Origin: Podarcis gaigeae
Lineage: Eukaryota
DNA: 64,000 nt
NCBI GenBank assembly: GCA_964106915.2
Contig: OZ066922.1
Reading direction: 5' to 3' (one strand)
The notes beneath the pieces were generated by a model that was not told where the DNA came from, did not search any database, and worked only from the letters and a program-made list of their open reading frames with translations. Position numbers and translations under genes: made by a program. This document shows positions 62,701-64,000 of the stretch, piece by piece. Position 1 is the first letter of the stretch. Each line of letters begins with the position of its first letter.

Positions 62701-63224
62701 AGCAGGGGCTCAGGACTCAGAAACAGCTCTCTGGTGGGCTGTATGGTACTTCAGACAGCAAAGGTCTCGTCTGGTTTGTTTTGTTTTAAACGCTCTCCTA
62801 TGTGCAGCACTCCTCTCAAGTGGAAAATTAGCCCACCAGGGAGAGAGTTGGGTTTTCTACCTTGGGGGATATGGGGATTTCTACCTTAAGAAGAAGAAAA
62901 CTGCCCTGGATCAGACCAAAGGCCTGTCAAGTCAAGCATTCTGTTCTCCACAGCGGCCCAGCAAATAAGAAAGAGATGGTTCCTCAGGGGCAGCTTGTCT
63001 CAAAGGCTTCTTCCTCCATTGGAGGCTTCTTAGTGGAATGAGGAGAAAGGGTTTTTTTTGGGGGGGGGTTGCCCTCCCCTTGAAGTCTCCTTATACCTGC
63101 CCCTAATCTGTTTCAAAGCAGTTAGAGACCCTTTCAAACAGTGTGAGAGGATACAGAGAGAAGGTATTTTATTATTTAAGGCATTCATATGCCTCTTACA
63201 CCTCTTACAAATACTAATGATTAT

Positions 63225-63382
63225 CACAGTATTGTTCGCTCTGACTGGTCTGACCTTGGTCTTAGGTTGGGCTCTTTCATTCCCTCAATCCACAAAGATC
63301 TATTTAGTTAGAGATGCCAGGGACTGAACTTGGATTGTTCTATGTACAAAGGACATACCCTTATCGCTGAGGTATGACCCCC
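63225..63382 (-). mobile_element. tRNA-derived SINE (Squam2-like), decayed
   Basis: Reverse-strand similarity to the 4180 copy (CAGTATTG..CTCTGACTGG; CCAGGGACTGAAC). Confidence 0.5.
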
Positions 63383-64000
63383 TCCAGACCAAAAGTATTG
63401 CCTTGTTCTCATTTTGGAATTTGTCATATAGCAGCCACTGCCATTTCTCAAATATTGAAAAGAGCAGGCAAGGAATATATTTTATTGTAGTAAGGCAGTA
63501 ATTTTGTTACATGACCTGCTTTGTTTCTGGGGTAGGAAGCTTCTTTTCCAAAACTTCCCTTTTATAGATGTGAGCTAGAATTTGGGTGAATTTCACCCTG
63601 TAGCTAAGCTGCATTCTTAAAGCACCCTCTTCTCCATGCTGTCTGACTGATCTAGAAGATTCAAATGTGCGAGAGATTGATTCTGTCCTGCATTTTGTAC
63701 CATGTTAGCCTATATGGTTAAAATCTAGTACATTTGGCAGAAAATAGTAACAGTTACACTTTCCCTTACATTTCACTTCAAAGTTTTTAACTGTGTGAGC
63801 CAGCTTGGAACAAAATCACACAGAACACACTCCTCATCCAGTAGGCCCTGTATTAGATGTAAGCCAGAGTTCTCACACCGTAAGTGAAAATTGTGAGGGG
63901 AAAAAGATGAAAGAATTTTGCAGGTAGGTCGCTAGGTAGTGAGCAGCTCATGATGTGAACAAATGTGGCATAAGCTGCTAAAAAGGAATGTCAGGACCTG

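Overview
Vertebrate (squamate, probably lacertid lizard) genomic DNA. It holds one complete protein-coding gene, USP38, on the minus strand: 10 coding exons, 62174->46477, all GT-AG and in phase, 1050 aa, with a CpG-island promoter at about 62.2-62.7 kb. The other ~45 kb is intergenic and dense in transposons: a full-length Bov-B LINE with a single frameshift, two other RTE lineages, Sauria SINEs, tRNA-derived SINEs, Tc1/mariner, hAT and Harbinger-like MITEs, CR1/L2/L1 fragments, two solo-LTR-like elements and two fold-back Penelope ends. The GC-rich window start is plausibly the upstream edge of the GAB1 promoter (inferred from synteny only). Two observations stand out. (1) Two dissimilar LTR-like elements both encode an acidic, disordered peptide ending in S(P)..RR..RRSxRLxxK-like residues, resembling the HMGN nucleosome-binding motif and suggesting an LTR-encoded chromatin tether. 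(2) An intact minimal hammerhead ribozyme lies on the USP38 sense strand in intron 1, locked inside a ~95-bp inverted repeat. Comparisons with human USP38 and repeat-family names are from memory, not from database searches.
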